A program made the translations under genes and the position numbers. This document shows, piece after piece, positions 23,413-37,200 of a DNA stretch of 64,000 nucleotides. The stretch covers positions 62,001 to 126,000 of the forward strand of contig QPMI01000439.1 in the NCBI GenBank assembly GCA_004431415.1, in the 5' to 3' direction. Positions within the stretch are counted from its first letter, which is position 1; each line of letters begins with the position of its first letter. The notes beneath the pieces were generated by a model. The model did not search any database. It saw nothing but the letters and a program-made list of their open reading frames with translations, and was not told the DNA's origin. The DNA is from Cyanophora paradoxa CCMP329. Lineage: Eukaryota > Plantae > Glaucophyta.

Positions 23413-26400
23413 CTACGCCTGCTTTTCGCCAGCGCCGGCGCCGGCCGAGGCGGCCTCCCTTGCGCGGCGGGCAATGAGGCGGGCGAGCTCCCCGCGCGCC
23501 CGCGCCCCGAGCGGCCCCTCCCGCGCCTCCTCCACCAGCAGCTCCACCTGCACATTCACGGGCCGCCAGGGACGTTATTATTTTGCAATTAATATTGAGC
23601 GCGATTATCAGATTAATATTCAGCTCGAATCAGTAAAAGTGAGAATAAGAAGCACGCACAGATGGATCGAGAGAGAGAAGGACGGCATCGAGCGCGTCCC
23701 GCTCTGCGTTGCCCGCGTTCGGGATCTCTTCGGTCAGCTTCTTCAGCAGCTGCGGCCGCAGGCTGCATGCCGGAAGCATTAACAGCATGGGGCCGGTGAG
23801 CGCGAGCCGACGCAGCACGCGGTATCTGCGCACGATAATGATGAATTTATATTCGTGTTCGAGAAAAAAGCCGAATTTAAACGGTGCGGCGCACGCGGGG
23901 CGGTCGGCGGTGAGCGCGAGGCGCTCGGTGAGCCACGCGAGCGTCTCGACTTCATTCCACTTGAGCACCTGCGAATTTCGAACGCCGAATCGAAGAACTC
24001 AAAATTGAACCCAATCAATCATGATCAAGATCAATAAAATAGCTAGGGTTTTTTATTGGGCGGTTTTGAGTTAGATTAAGTATATAGGGCGGTTTTGATT
24101 TAGATTTAGTAGGTTTTGATTTATATATATATTGGGAGCCGCACCAAGCTCGGATTGGGAGCTGCGGGCTTTGTTATCGAGGCCGCCGCCGCTCCAGTAC
24201 CGCTGACCGGAGCTGCAGACTGCGACGTCGCGGGCGAGGAATCCGGCAGCGGCTTCGGCGGCGAAGCAGGAACGACGACGTCGTCGAGATCGATGACCTC
24301 GTGATCGGGCTTCTCCCTTTTGGGAACCACGTTCACGGAGCGACGTCGGCCGCCTGCAGTCGCAATCACAGCTGCACATGCCGAGGATGCTCGCAAGGCC
24401 GGCGCCGCTGCGAGAGCGGTTAACGTTAGCGCGCGATATTTTTGGCGTAATGATCACCTCTAGATCTGAAGCTCAAGCGGCGCACCATGGCCAGCTGAAT
24501 TGTGCTCTGCTGCGCATGCGGGCAAACTTGACGGGTTCGAAGTCTCCTCCGCCAGACGGGTTGCGTATGCCGTGGTCGCCTTTGTATACACAGGGCGCAT
24601 GTCATTAAACGCGCAAGCTCCAGTGGGCGAGCGACAGGACGTCTCCACCGCCGCTCCCTGCTCATTGTCTGCGCATGCACATGCGCAGCGCATCGATATC
24701 GCCATTTGGTGCTCACGTAATGATCAATATGTATAAGAAAGACTACGCACCCGCTTTTGACTTCTTGGGTTCTTGTTGCAGAGGGGCCTGGCGGCTGCGC
24801 GTGCTGCTGCTGCGCGTGCGTGCGGGCACAGGCGGCGGATCGCTACGAGTTCCGGTCCTCTGCTTCTTCGATGCATATGATCGCATCCCAGAGCTCAACG
24901 GGCTGGCCGCTGCGCACGACATTTAATTTGATTTGAACTTCGAATCTAGCGTTTCGCGCGCCGAATACGCATATCCCGTGTTTAACTCGAAATCAAGAAT
25001 CATTGGTACGCACCCACCGGCATCTCCTCTTCCTCATCTTTGCTCGCTCTGTTCGATTCATCATCATCGTCGTCATCCTCGTCCTCCTCTTCGTCCTTGT
25101 CCTCGTCTTTGTCTTCCCCGCGGCCACCATCCAACCTCGACCGAGCTCGAGATTGATTTCGCGATCGCTTCCTAGCCGCAGCGGACTGCAAATCGCGCGA
25201 ATCGTGAACTGAACTCGGAGCAGCTGCGATCTAAAGAATACTAAAAACAAACCCTCTTTGGAGAGGGACAACTGCCGGGCGCGTGCCGTTCGAGGAAGGA
25301 GTACACGAGCTCCCGGAGGTCGACGTCGTCCTCGCCCGGCGCCCCCGTCGCCGGCAGCTCGTGGTCGAGCTCGCCCCGCTGCAGGGCGGCGTAGAATGCC
25401 TCACCCTCGTAGTCTGCGATTCGAGGAGTATATATATCTTCTTATGAGAGTAGCATGAGAGTATAATACAATAGTCTATATATGAAGGCCCATATAGCTA
25501 GCGTAGCATGGGACAGACCTGAGAAAGAAAAGTTCAGCATGTCTCTCTGCAGGCGTCGCTGCCGCCCGGTCATTTCGCGATCGTCGACGTGATCGCAGAT
25601 GATTGCCAGGCGGTCCCGGGCTCTGGCTGCCTCCTGATTGTAAATAAGGTGAATCAAGATAATATTCAACCTGAGACAAAGAACGGAATTCGAAATGTAA
25701 AATCTGACTCACGGCCTCTGGTTTAATAGAAGCAGTGTGAATCTGTTCAAAGAGTGATATCGATATCGAAGTTTGTGTGTGATCACAATGACTAGAACAA
25801 CGGGCATCTGGACCTCTTTCTTACGCCATTTGAATCTGCCTACAAACGTGCCAATAACTGTGTCCGTCTTCATGGTCCCTGCAAAAGTACGCGGCGCTCG
25901 CTCTTTCTCACGTAGCTTTCCATGGACGTCGGCCGCGGCCTGCGCCCGATTAATGACACCAGCACCCCAAATCAAATATCTATCGATGCACGGGATGCAC
26001 AACAGCACCCCCAATTAGATATCGATCGAACGTGTACATGTGGGTTTTAATTTGTACGAGTGAAGATCATTGCGATATCGATCGTTGGATACGTAGATCT
26101 ATTAGGGACCGGATCTAATAATTATAAACTCAGAATATATGACCTTAGGCTTGATACGACCTAGATGTGATAATATCTGATTCTTACCTTTCGACGCGAG
26201 GGCTTGCTGCCGGGCGCGTGCCGCTCGAGGAAGGAGTACACGAGCTCCCGGAGGTCGTCCTTGTCCGGCGCCCCCGTCGTCGGCAGCTCGCGGTCGAGCT
26301 CGCCCCGCTGCAGGGCGGCGTAGAACGGCTCTCCCTCGTAGTCTGCGGAGACAATTTTTCGAAGCCGCATATCATAACCATCTGTTTTTGCTCTGGATAA

Positions 26401-27324
26401 AGCACATTCAAGCATTAAAAAGCGCACCCGAGTGAGAATAATTAAGAATGTCTCTTTGTACGCGATGCTGACGCCCGGTCGTCTCGTCGACGCGATCGCA
26501 GATGATTGCGAGTCGATCCCGGGCTTTCGCGGCCTCCTGCACAACCAAATGGTCGGCATCCTCGAGCTCCATGTTTGATTATCAATTACAATTGAGCGAA
26601 AGCAAGTGCGCACGTCTTCTGTTGGAAAGCCCGATGTGCAGACCTGCGCAATGTAGAAATTGGAGGGCGACTTGCATGCAAATCGCATCGCAATCGCACC
26701 TCGCAGCCCCGCCGGCGCCATTGAACTCGGCCATAGTACTTGTTGTTAAGTTTTCTTGTCCCGGCAAATGTACATGTACCCGGTGCCCGTGTCCGCACTG
26801 ATAGCTTCTCATGGGCCTGCGCAATATGTGTTCGCAAGCAGGTGCACGTGCGCGCCATTCGTTCTGGAATATATTGAGACCGGACCTGTGTGCTGGACCC
26901 ATGACTATTGCAAATGGAATCCTGCAGCTGCGGCGCGTGCTGCGCGGCGATGGGGCTAGCGCTCAATAAATTAAATATATAGAACTATATATAAATGAGG
27001 TGGCAGCATTATCGATGTTTACGAGCCGCATGCGCGATATGTATTGGTCACCTGCGAAGTTTCAAATTCGGATGCGCTCGAAGAAGCGGAGAGCTCGAAA
27101 TCGCCCCGCGCAGCGGAGCTCGAACGCTGATCATGAGGCAACGGTGTAGAAGATGCTGCGCCGTCGCGAGCAGAATGAGCGCACGACGATGCGCCGCCGC
27201 GAACGTCCGCAGTATGTGAATCCCTATTGCAAGCATCGATATCTAGATCTGCAGAATTCGAAGCAGCAGCCGAGCTTGGCCCATCCGATGCGGCGCGCGG
27301 CCGCGAACGGGGATCGATATCCAT
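23413..27324 (-). CDS. Paralog D: two divergent AP2-like domains + acidic linker + SAM-like domain
   Basis: QEAAKARDRLAIICD...LNYSHS|DYEGEPFY and QEAARARDRLAIICD...LNFSFS|DY, each preceded by a G-R-x-x-W-R beta-strand motif. WNEVETLAWL...RYRVLRRLALTGPMLLML. Terminal exons are near-identical to C. Confidence 0.68.
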
Positions 27325-27769
27325 CTGAGCTTCGCGATCAGGGAAAGCCAAGGCGCAATTGCAAGTTGCAAGCCGCGCGCGATCATTATATATCGGCGGG
27401 CTCAAGCCACGCACGCTCATGATCAAAGTTGACTTGGCGGCGCTTTGGGGTCGATCTCGAGCGCGATCGCCTGAAGAGTTTCTGCGCGTTTCTGCTCTAG
27501 ACCTCGCGTCCTCCAGACTGCCCTCGAGCTCTCCGCGCGTACGTTACGTTTCTCCTTGATTTCGAATTTGAGGGGACCGGAGCAGAAATTTCGAAAGAGC
27601 TCGAGATCCAGTGCTGGAGTAGACTAGAGGCTGTGCCGCGGTGGCCGGTAATTCACCAAAACCAAATAGAGCTATATAGAGGCCAGCAGGCGGATATTAA
27701 TCTTAGATGGACCGGGCCCTTCTCCCTCTCCTCCCCCCGGGCCCCTTTTCCTCTCCTCCCTTCCTTCCA

Positions 27770-27812
27770 CCCCCCCCCCCCCCCCCCCCCCGTGAGCTCG
27801 GGGTGTGTGTGT

Positions 27813-27843
<31 letters not shown>

Positions 27844-27851
27844 GGGGGGGG
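27770..27851. repeat. Poly-C run, (GT)n microsatellite, poly-G run
   Basis: About C22 at 27770-27791, GT repeats at 27803-27826, about G25 at 27827-27851. Confidence 0.9.
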
Positions 27852-28249
27852 AGCTAACGTAGATAGGTGTTGCCGTTCTTAAATCTAGGTCTAGAATTGA
27901 AGGCCGGGCCTGTGGCAGGATACCGATTTAGGTTTAGATGCTCACTTCCGACAGGTTCAACTTTGCTTGCGAAGCTACTTTGCTTGCGAAGCTACCAAGA
28001 AGCGAGTGAAGCGAACGTCGGTCTGGCCCAGTGGCCCTCAGGGGCTCTAAATAAATCTACTCTCGGTTCACAAACAAAGAATTTAGGAAACAGGGTTGTC
28101 AGATAGAAGCGTTCCGCTCAGCGGCTGGTGTTCAATCGGCGCCGCCTTTTGCAGACGCGACGAGGGCCTCGGCGTCTGCGCATGCGCTGGGGCCCTCCAC
28201 CGCCGGGAACGCCCGTCCTGCCGCAAAAGTGACGTGGCCAGTCATGATC

Positions 28250-31200
28250 AGCGCGGCGTGCTGAGCATGGCGGCCGCGGGGTCAATGCTAAGGCGCTGCG
28301 CACCGAAGTCGGCAGCGGGGGCCAGGCACGGGGCGCCCTCTTGCAATTGCCTGGCGGCAGCTCCTCCGAAAATGACGGATTCGGAAGGCCGCAGCTGCCG
28401 AGCACCCCCACGTGAGCACGGTCCCTGCGCTACGGTTTCTGCAGCTGAGGGGCGCCCGGGCGCGCACCGTAACGACGCCGATACCGTAGCCGAAAGACGG
28501 AAGACCGAAATGAGCTCTAAGCTGGCAGCGCTTGAGGAGGCGGAAGGGGCGCAGCTCGACCTCCTCCCACTTGGACCCGGACCGCATCTTCGCCTGGTCG
28601 TCCTTGGAAATCGATGTGTTGAAGTGTCTGAGCGTCGCAAGCGTTAAAGCGTCCCAAAGATAAGTCTCTCAAAACGACACTCAAATCGAATATTGATGCG
28701 AACAAACTACGCACTCCTGATCGGCAGAATAGCGGTTCGGCTCGACGAAAACGCCGCTCACGCGCACGTCAACGTCCCCCAGTCTCGATGCCACGCTCAT
28801 CTCGACGGTCGCGCTGTACTCCGTCGGGGGCATGAAGGGGAAGACTCGCTCGGAGGCGGGGACGTCCCACTCGCTCTCCCGGCGCGCGAACTCGCGCTCG
28901 CCCACTTCCACCGTGAAGCACTCCACAAAGTCGCGCGCAAGGCCCTGCCGCGATCGCCATATATGTGAATCAGACCACGAAAGCCTTGTGCCAAAAGCCG
29001 GCGGCAGCCGGCAACATTAATGGCGTGCCTCATACGAGAGCTTCTGAAGTCTTCCCGAGTCGGTGGCCTCCCAGCCTTCCCCTTCCGCGAGCAGCGGCCT
29101 TGCCGCGGCCCCCCCCTCGGGCTCCTCGACCTCGAGCCTCACGACCTCGAGCTTCGCATCGCCCTCACACGAGCCGCGGTTGACGCAGCAGACCGCGACG
29201 CGGTTGGCGCCGTCGAGGGCGAGCACGTCGACGTCCGCCGTGTGCAGCAGCTCGAGGCGGCGCAGCGGGCCAGCCGCGGAGCGCGGCCGCGAGCAGTCCC
29301 ACACCAGCACGGAGCCGTCACGGGCGGCGGAGACGAGCGTGGCGCGGCCCGTGAAGTCCAGGGCCGTGACGGGCTGCGCGTGCCCCGCGAGAACGGCCTT
29401 CCGGTACGCGCCGCCGGCGTCGGCGACGTAGAGGCAGATCTCCTTGCCGCCCGTGCACGCCACGGGCGGCGTGCCGCCGGAGGCGGCAGCGACGCCGACC
29501 GCGACCGCCAGTGAGGAGCCGAAGGGCGGCCGCAGATATTCCAAGCGGCTCTCCTCCGGATCGACCTCCCAGTCCCAGGGGGTGACCTGGCATGGCGCCC
29601 GGGCCGTGAGCACGACTCTAATCACAAAGGTGCGCCTTCTATTATATTATAAAGGTGACTCTTATAAAGGCGGCAGCGTACGGCGAGGCGGTCGAGGGCA
29701 GTGACGGCGGCCGCGCCGAGCTCGGGCCCCAGCGTCGCCAGCAGCTCCGTCCCGTCGTACGCCGCAGATGCGATGAACATGCGGCCCTGCGAGGATGGTC
29801 GGGCGGCCGCGCGACGCGCGCGGGTGGGGGCGGGCGGTGGCATGGTTGCGGGCCTCTGCGGCGCGGGTGGCGAGGCACGCGACGGGTCCCCCGTGGAACC
29901 AGGACGCGCGGCGGCAGACGACGCGGGGAGCGCGGCCCGCGCCAAACTGGAGGACAAAGGCATGAATCCCTCCATCTGCTAAAACGTGAGCGCGCCGTTT
30001 TCGCCGCAGATTGGCGCGTGTGACAGGGGGCGCGCCCTGGAGGCCAAAGTACGCCTCGAAAAGATCTGAAAGAGGTTCGGTCGGCGGAGTGCAAGATAAA
30101 GGGAGGTCTATAGGGCGCCGCGCACTGGCCGAGTCCGCGACGGTGCCGGCCCCAGGTCCGAGAGCAAAGGCGGTGACGGGGCTCGGGATTGGCACGCTCA
30201 GCTCTGCCGCGTCGCCGAGGCGCGGCGCCCCCGCCTCCAGATCCACGCGCACTTCGGCGAGCTTCAACTCCCCGCGGTCGGACACCGTGGCAAAGACGCT
30301 CGTGCCGCCCTTCGTAAGGAGGGCGACTGCGACGTGGCGTGCCCCGCGCAGGATCTTGGGCCCGAGCGTGCTTTTCGCAATGCGAGATGTCGAGTCGGAG
30401 TCAGCCATGACGTCCTCGCGTGTGCTTGCACCGGAAACAGTCTTGTCCCCAAACAGAGACGAGATCGTAGCCTGCGGTACAGATCCGGTGAGCTGCCGAT
30501 CGCGCCTCTTATTGTATTATAAAGGCGCCTCTAATCTAAGTATTCTAGGGAGCCTTCGGGCGCACCTTTGCGTTGGCGGGCCCGTCTCCGCAGCGGAGGC
30601 ACGAAACCACACCGTCGTCGCGGAGGCTGGCGACGAGGACCGCGCCGCCCGGGCTCGCGATCGGCAGCGGCGCGACGCCGACGCCGGCGGCGGGCGGGCC
30701 GCCCTGCAGCCTGTCGTCGCCGCCCGCCAGGTCGCTGGGATCGATGGCGTCGAGGTCCCACACGCGGACGTGCTCGCGATCGTACGTGACGAGGCGCCGC
30801 CCGCCCTCCTCCATCGCCATGTCCTTGATCGGGTGCGCGTGGCCTTTCAGCTCGCCCACAAGGCGGGCGCACTTTGGCGTGTGCGCCCTGAGCCAGTCGC
30901 GCGTCGAGTCGGTCATGGGCCTGCCCATGACAGGGTCCGTCTCGGGATCGAACGGCGCTCCCGGGTCGCACTCGTCGAACTCGCACAGGCGCACGATCTC
31001 CTGGCTCTGCAGGTGCACGACCGCCACGCGCACCAGGCCCGGCCGGCCCTCGACCTCCTGGATAGCGAAGCGCCAGGACTCGTCGTCCGCTCCGATGCCG
31101 ATCAGGCACAGCAAGCGCGGCCGCGGGGCGTTGGCCACAATGCAGATGACGCAGCGGTCTCCGATAACTTTTCTGTTGAGAAGTGACTCGCAGTGCTTTG

Positions 31201-34200
31201 AAACGACTCGAACGTTCCCATTGGCGAATTCCGCGAGCGTCGTCCTGCGCACAGGGGTGGGGACTTGAACAGGCTGCATCGCAATCTGATCATCGGATGC
31301 TCGCGAGCGCGCGGGCGCACGTGAACTCGATGCCATCGTACTCCCGGTCGACCCCGCTCTGGAGGACTCTGACGGAGAAGGGCGGGTTAGTACTCCGTCT
31401 AAATATGTGCATGAAGGCGCTCACTCTTCATTGTCGACAGTGCAGTAGAAATTCATGTAGACACCACGGCCTAGCACGTCCGTATACCTGTTCACGGTCA
31501 GCAACCATGACCATGAGCAACAACGCATATATAGAGCACAATAGTACGCACCCAAAGCCAGAACGTCCATGACCGCACAACTGCATGAACGCACGATACT
31601 GCGGTAATTGGTGGCTCTGCACAAAAGAACGAGGGTGTGAGCGATACAAGCGCATCTGTAAATATATATTTGTGATGGTGAGCTTCTGCAGCAACTGCGA
31701 AAACGCACGCGGAGAATACGCAGAGGCGTCTGGGTGTGGACATCATAGATCACTATTTCGTCGCGTTTCCCCTGCGCGCTGAAGTGAGCAAGCAGGAAAG
31801 GATGAACACAGTTGCCAGGCTGCAGTGCCCTATTTAGCGAAAAGTAAATCTTCTAGGCTATCTATCCTGAAAGCACACCGATGCCAGCTTGCTGCTATCG
31901 GAGCTCCAGCACAGCGCCTGGAATGGTTCGTTGGGCCTGTCGCGATCGAGCCGCACGCACGCACGTGACAACCATGTGAATAAACGTGCACATGTAGCCA
32001 AATCAAACGCACCCGTACTCGAAATCCCCTTCCTCGCGATCGGGCATGGTTTCGGCGCTTAGGCGCCCCCACAGCTTGCCTTGCTCAAGCGTCAGCAGCA
32101 CGACTCCATGGTTCGGGAGCTGGCGCACGCTCGCGATAAGCGGTCATCAAACGGATCAAGCACTCTAGATTTGCATGCAGCTGATCGCTACGCACCTCGT
32201 TGGTGCTGACGGCTCCAGTTTTCCGTCGTTCGAGATGCGGAGGCACGCGTGCACCGTGTTTGAGGAGTACATACTCAGCTTAACGTTCGCCTTCCAGCGC
32301 TCTTGTCCGTTGAAGTCGAAGCACACAACTTCCTCCGTGTCTTTGCTGCGACCGCGCTCACGAATGAGGCTTGTAACCATGCATCTCGATATCGGGCTCT
32401 TAATGTTTATGAATATCCGTATGGCTTTCAAATCTGGGCAGGATCGGGGACTCCAACGGACCATTTAATAACGATGTACTGTTGCTTCCACACGCCGAGG
32501 CTACAGGTTTCAGGTTGCAAATCCCAGTTGAATTTCTTGTCCTGCAGGCCGCCGGGCGATCGCAAATGAGAGATGTAGATCTAGAATTAAAACATCCTAT
32601 AAACCTTACAACTCGCAAGGATATAGCAGGCTATTGCGAGGGTGCCGGCACGCACAGGCAGAAGGGCACGCAATATGATCATGATACAAGGCTCGTGACT
32701 CTGCGGGGCTCGTCAGGCATATTTGACGGATGCAGCTGAACAACATTTGATTTAAATTTGGGAAGGCAGCGGTTGCCGACCAGGGGCTTGTTCATGCAGC
32801 GCAGCCACGTCGCGCGCGAGCTGCGGAGCGCCTCTGCCGCGCGCGTCGCCAGCTCGAACTTGTCCGACTCGTTCGCGGCTCGCTGCTGCAAGCTGGCTAA
32901 AGCCGGCGCAGGATTGCTTTGCATGAATTCGGCATGGCGCCCGATGAAGCCCTTGATCTGCCGCGATCGCGATGTCATTCCAGCGAAGTCTTAATTATAA
33001 GCAGCTATGGCGTGAAATTAAAAATTAGAGCGTGAGATTCAAAGATCCTGAACCTCAAAAAAGCCCTCGCGGAGGTCGCGTGCAGCGTCCTCCTGCATGA
33101 TTTCATCGAGGAGCGTGAAGAGCGCCGGCAGGCCGTCGCTCCGTGCGCACGCGAAGAGGAATTCGAGGGATCCATCCCTGCACGTGGCGTGACGGGCAGC
33201 GGGTGCAGCATGCGCAGCTGGAGCTGGAGCTGGCGGGATCTGAGATTATAATTACCGGAGGATGTCGAGAAGCTTCGCGTACTGGCCGGACGCAGCCAAA
33301 TGCGCCGGCTGCACGCGATGTTTGAGACAGAATTCGAACGTATCTTGCACACAATTATTTGATGTGCACTGCACCTGCATGCGTATGCGCCGCACGTTTG
33401 GCGTGTCTCCCAGCATGAGTGGCTGCGCGAGCCGGGCTCAGAGGGACATACGAAGAAGCTTAAGCTTAAGCTTGGCCATGGGCGTCGGGGCGTGCAGGCC
33501 TGCGGGGCGAGCCGTCGGTCCTCGAGCATGGCCCCGTCCCTCGATATCGATGCGCCCTTAAGCTTCTCCATCGACGTCGACGTCGGCGGCCGATGCATAT
33601 GGTGCCGCCGCTTCCCCGCCGCGAACTCGTTGCCGAAGTAGCACGCGAGCAGCTCGTGCATGGCGCGGCGCCTGTCGGGGTCCGCGTCGACGTACCGCCG
33701 CGTGGCGGCCTCCGCGAACTGCCGGTGGTACCTGCACCCCTCGAGTCGGCATGGCGCGGAAGCGGCTACGTTTAACGGGGCGCAACGCACCAGCCGATCA
33801 CTGCCGCGTTGCTGGCGCCGCCGGAGCCGCGCTCGGCGAGGAGACCGCCCAGGTCCGACCGGATGCGGAGGATGAGCGACGGCGGCACGCGCCGCACCGG
33901 CGGCGTCCACCACTGCCCGGATACAAGTCAAGGGAGGTGTATGCAGGCGTACGCGTGCGCGCACGGCGCGCGCGCACCACAAAGAGCTGGTCGAGCGTCG
34001 CGTCGTCGCAGCTGAGCACGTCTGCGAGCTCCGCCTCCGACAGGCCGCCCTTGGCGACCGTGACGAAGCCCAGCATAGCCCGCACCAGCGCCTCCCCGTA
34101 CTTCGTCTGCGCACCAGGACAAGGCGATCAGGCGAAGCACGAATCAAAGCGCGAAGCATGAAATTTGAAGAGGAATCACGAGCGTGCCTCAAGACGCTTG

Positions 34201-37200
34201 AACATCGCCTCGACCAGCGTGGGGACGTCTTTGGCCTGCAGCGCAATTGATATCCCATAATTATAAAAGAAGCTGCTGCAGCAATCAAAGACGACCGAGG
34301 GCCGCACCTCGATCTTAGCGGCGTCGCCTTCGACGAAGCTGCGCCAGCGGCGGGCCTGCTCCCAGCACAGGCGGAGGAAGAGGGGCGTGCGATCGGGTCC
34401 CGCGTCGAAGGCCGCCAGCACCGCCTCCCGCTGCGCAGGCACGAGCGACCTGCCCGCCTCCTGGCACCTGCAGCGAGATCGATGGTCGAAGTCGACGTCG
34501 TCCCTTGCAATTGAGAGCGACATCTACAAGAAATTATATTAAAGCCAGAGCGAGCTCGAGCCGCACCAGACGCCGAGGACGCTCTCTGCCATGCTGCGGT
34601 CGAACGCCGGTGCCTCTACCGTCGCGTTTTCGACGTGGTCGTTGAAGCGCTCGAGCACGCCGCCGCCGGCCTCGCCGACGAGGATCGAGACGAGGCAGCG
34701 GCAGTGCGCGGGCAGCGCGGGCGGGAGCCACTGCAATAGCCGCCCGAGCTCGTCGGAGAGCTGCCGAAGTCGACGTGTAAGGGGCGCGGGCGGGCGGCGC
34801 TGGCGCCAGGGCGGGCTAATATATTTATATAAATTATATAAGACCTGGTCCAGGGCGTCCAGGATCAGGTAGATCGGCTGCTCCCGGGTTCCCCACTCGA
34901 GGCACCGCAGGAAAACCGCCGCGACGGTCCGGAAGTCCGCGTCGGGCGGCAGCTCGGGCGCCGGCCGGCCCAGCGCCGCGGCGAGCTGCCGGGCGAGCGA
35001 GACGAGCAGGCTCCGAGTGTCCCCCGAGTGCAGCGTCGTGCCGAGGAAACGCCCAAGCACGACCGGCTGCGCACCGCCGCCGTCGCCGCGGCCGTCGCCT
35101 GAGCTCACCCTCCGCCAGACGGCACCCATGATGGACGACTTGCCGCAGCCGCTCGCGCCGACGAGCGCGAGGGGCCGCCCCTCGCCCTCGGAGGCCCCCT
35201 CCAGGTACCGAGCGAGCTCGGAGACGACCGCCTCCTGCCCCAGGCACGCCTCCGCGCACTGCCACGCCGTCTGCAGGTGCTGCGCCGCCTCCGCCTCCAG
35301 CGGGTCCGCCGCCGCGCCGCCGGTGCCGGCACCGGCGCCGGCGCCGGCAGCTCTGCCCGTCGCGGCGGCGACGATGCCCGCGCCGACCATGCGGCACACC
35401 GCGTCGCTGAAGGCGTGCACGTGCTCGTCCGACAGCGGTTTGCTGAACTTGGTCGCGAGGGTGACGGGCGGGGCGTGCTTCGAGACCCGCCCCAGCAGAT
35501 CCTGCGGGCGCGAGCAGCTCTGAGCTGAAATTTCCAAGTCCGCCGGGGCGGAGACGGCAGGCTTGCAACTGGGCGCACGCGCAGCATTGCCTGCGCTTCC
35601 GCGTCCACTGGGGCCCTGGAAGTCGATCCCGCGGCCACGGCGACGGCCGCGGCGGGCCGCGCGCCAGTGCCGTGCGCGATGGGCGTCGGGGCGTTCTCGA
35701 GGTCGATGAAGCGCCGCACCACCTGCGGGGAGCCTCATGATCAGTCCCCGAACGGCCTTGAGATTCCTTGCGCGCGCCAGGCGCGCGCGCCGCATCGTCG
35801 AATGCGCCGTTCCTCGCGACTTCCTCGATGTCGTCGATGCGTCGCCTGCCGCAGTCCAAAAACGAGCGTCAGGCCGCGCAAGGAACGCTATCTCGCAGCG
35901 GCCTTAGATCTAGGGACGCACCGGACGAAGAGGAACGTGCCCTCGTAGCGGCCCTCCAGCTCCTGCAAACCCCTCTCGATCTCCATCTCCGTCACGCTGC
36001 AGCGCCCCAGGCCTCATGATTAGTTTCGGCGGGTGCAGCCCTGCGCGGCAGGTCTAGAATGGTGCCCGGACACGGGACCCGCCTGATTGTGTACTTGCGC
36101 CGCGCCTCCTCCGGCAGACCGCTGGAGGCCCTGCGCAGCAGGCCCGCAAGCCGCGTCGAGATCTCCGTCCACGCGGCGTCCGCCTGCAAATTATAAAATT
36201 AAACGATGGCGTCGTTCGTGAGCGGCGGCCAGCTGCAGCTGCATCGTGGCGCCGCGGGGCGGGGGGAGGGGGGGGGGGGGGAAGGGGAAGGGGGGGGGGA
36301 AGGGAGCGGGGGAAGGGGGGTAGAGGGGGGCCCGGGCGCGCCTGCTTCCGCCTCGCGGGGTCGTCGGAGCGCTTGTCGGGCAAGTTCGCCGAGATGCGAA
36401 GGAGCACGTACTCGCCCCCGGGCCGCGCGTTCTCGTCCAGCTTGTACCTGACGAGAAGCCGTGATCGTATGAGGAGGCCGGTTCGCGCAGGAAGGCCGGG
36501 GCCCCGAATTCGAAAGGGCAACGGACCACTGGCGGAGGAGCGCGATCTCTTCCTTCCCCGCGCCCGCCTCCTCCGAGCTCCGCTCAAGCGCCTCGAACTC
36601 GCCCCGCGGGATGCGCGAGGGCAGCGGCCGGAAACTGCGCGCAGGCGCGCGCGCGCGGCCCCGTCACGTCACGTCAGCCCGGCCCCTCGCGAACGCGAGG
36701 GGGCCGAGCTCCGAGGCTCGAGGCTCGAGGGGGCCGCTGGCGCTTACCCGTACTTGTCGCCTCCGAGGAGGACGAAGGCGGGCCCGGCCGACTCGGCGGC
36801 GCAGCGCGCGACTTCCAGCAAGCAGATGTCCACCACGTCGTGCTCTGCGCACGCGCGCGCGGCCGCCCTTAGCCCGCCCTCCGGCCGACCGCACATTTAA
36901 AGCGCGCACCGTCAACAGCGTCGTCGGAGACACCCCAGCGCCTGCCAGGCCCCACACGTCTCAGAGCCGGCGAGAGCCCCGAGGGCCGCGGCGCGAGCGT
37001 CCGGCGCTGCCCGGCCGGAGGCGCACATATCGACGGCTTGCCAGGTGAGGCCGACACGGCGGGCGAGGCTGCGGGGCGCCCCATACATATGTCAGCACCC
37101 GGCCCGCGCGCGGCGCGGCGCCGGCGTCAGGCGGGCCTCAGCCCGGCCGCGGGAGGGAGGGGCGGGCCTGTCGAGGAAGGGGAAGACGTCCTCGAGGAGA

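Noticed and set aside
18475-27324. C/D repeats as transposase or HNH-AP2 homing endonuclease remnants
   Set aside because: No DDE, HNH or integrase motifs, no terminal repeats, and conserved spliceosomal introns.
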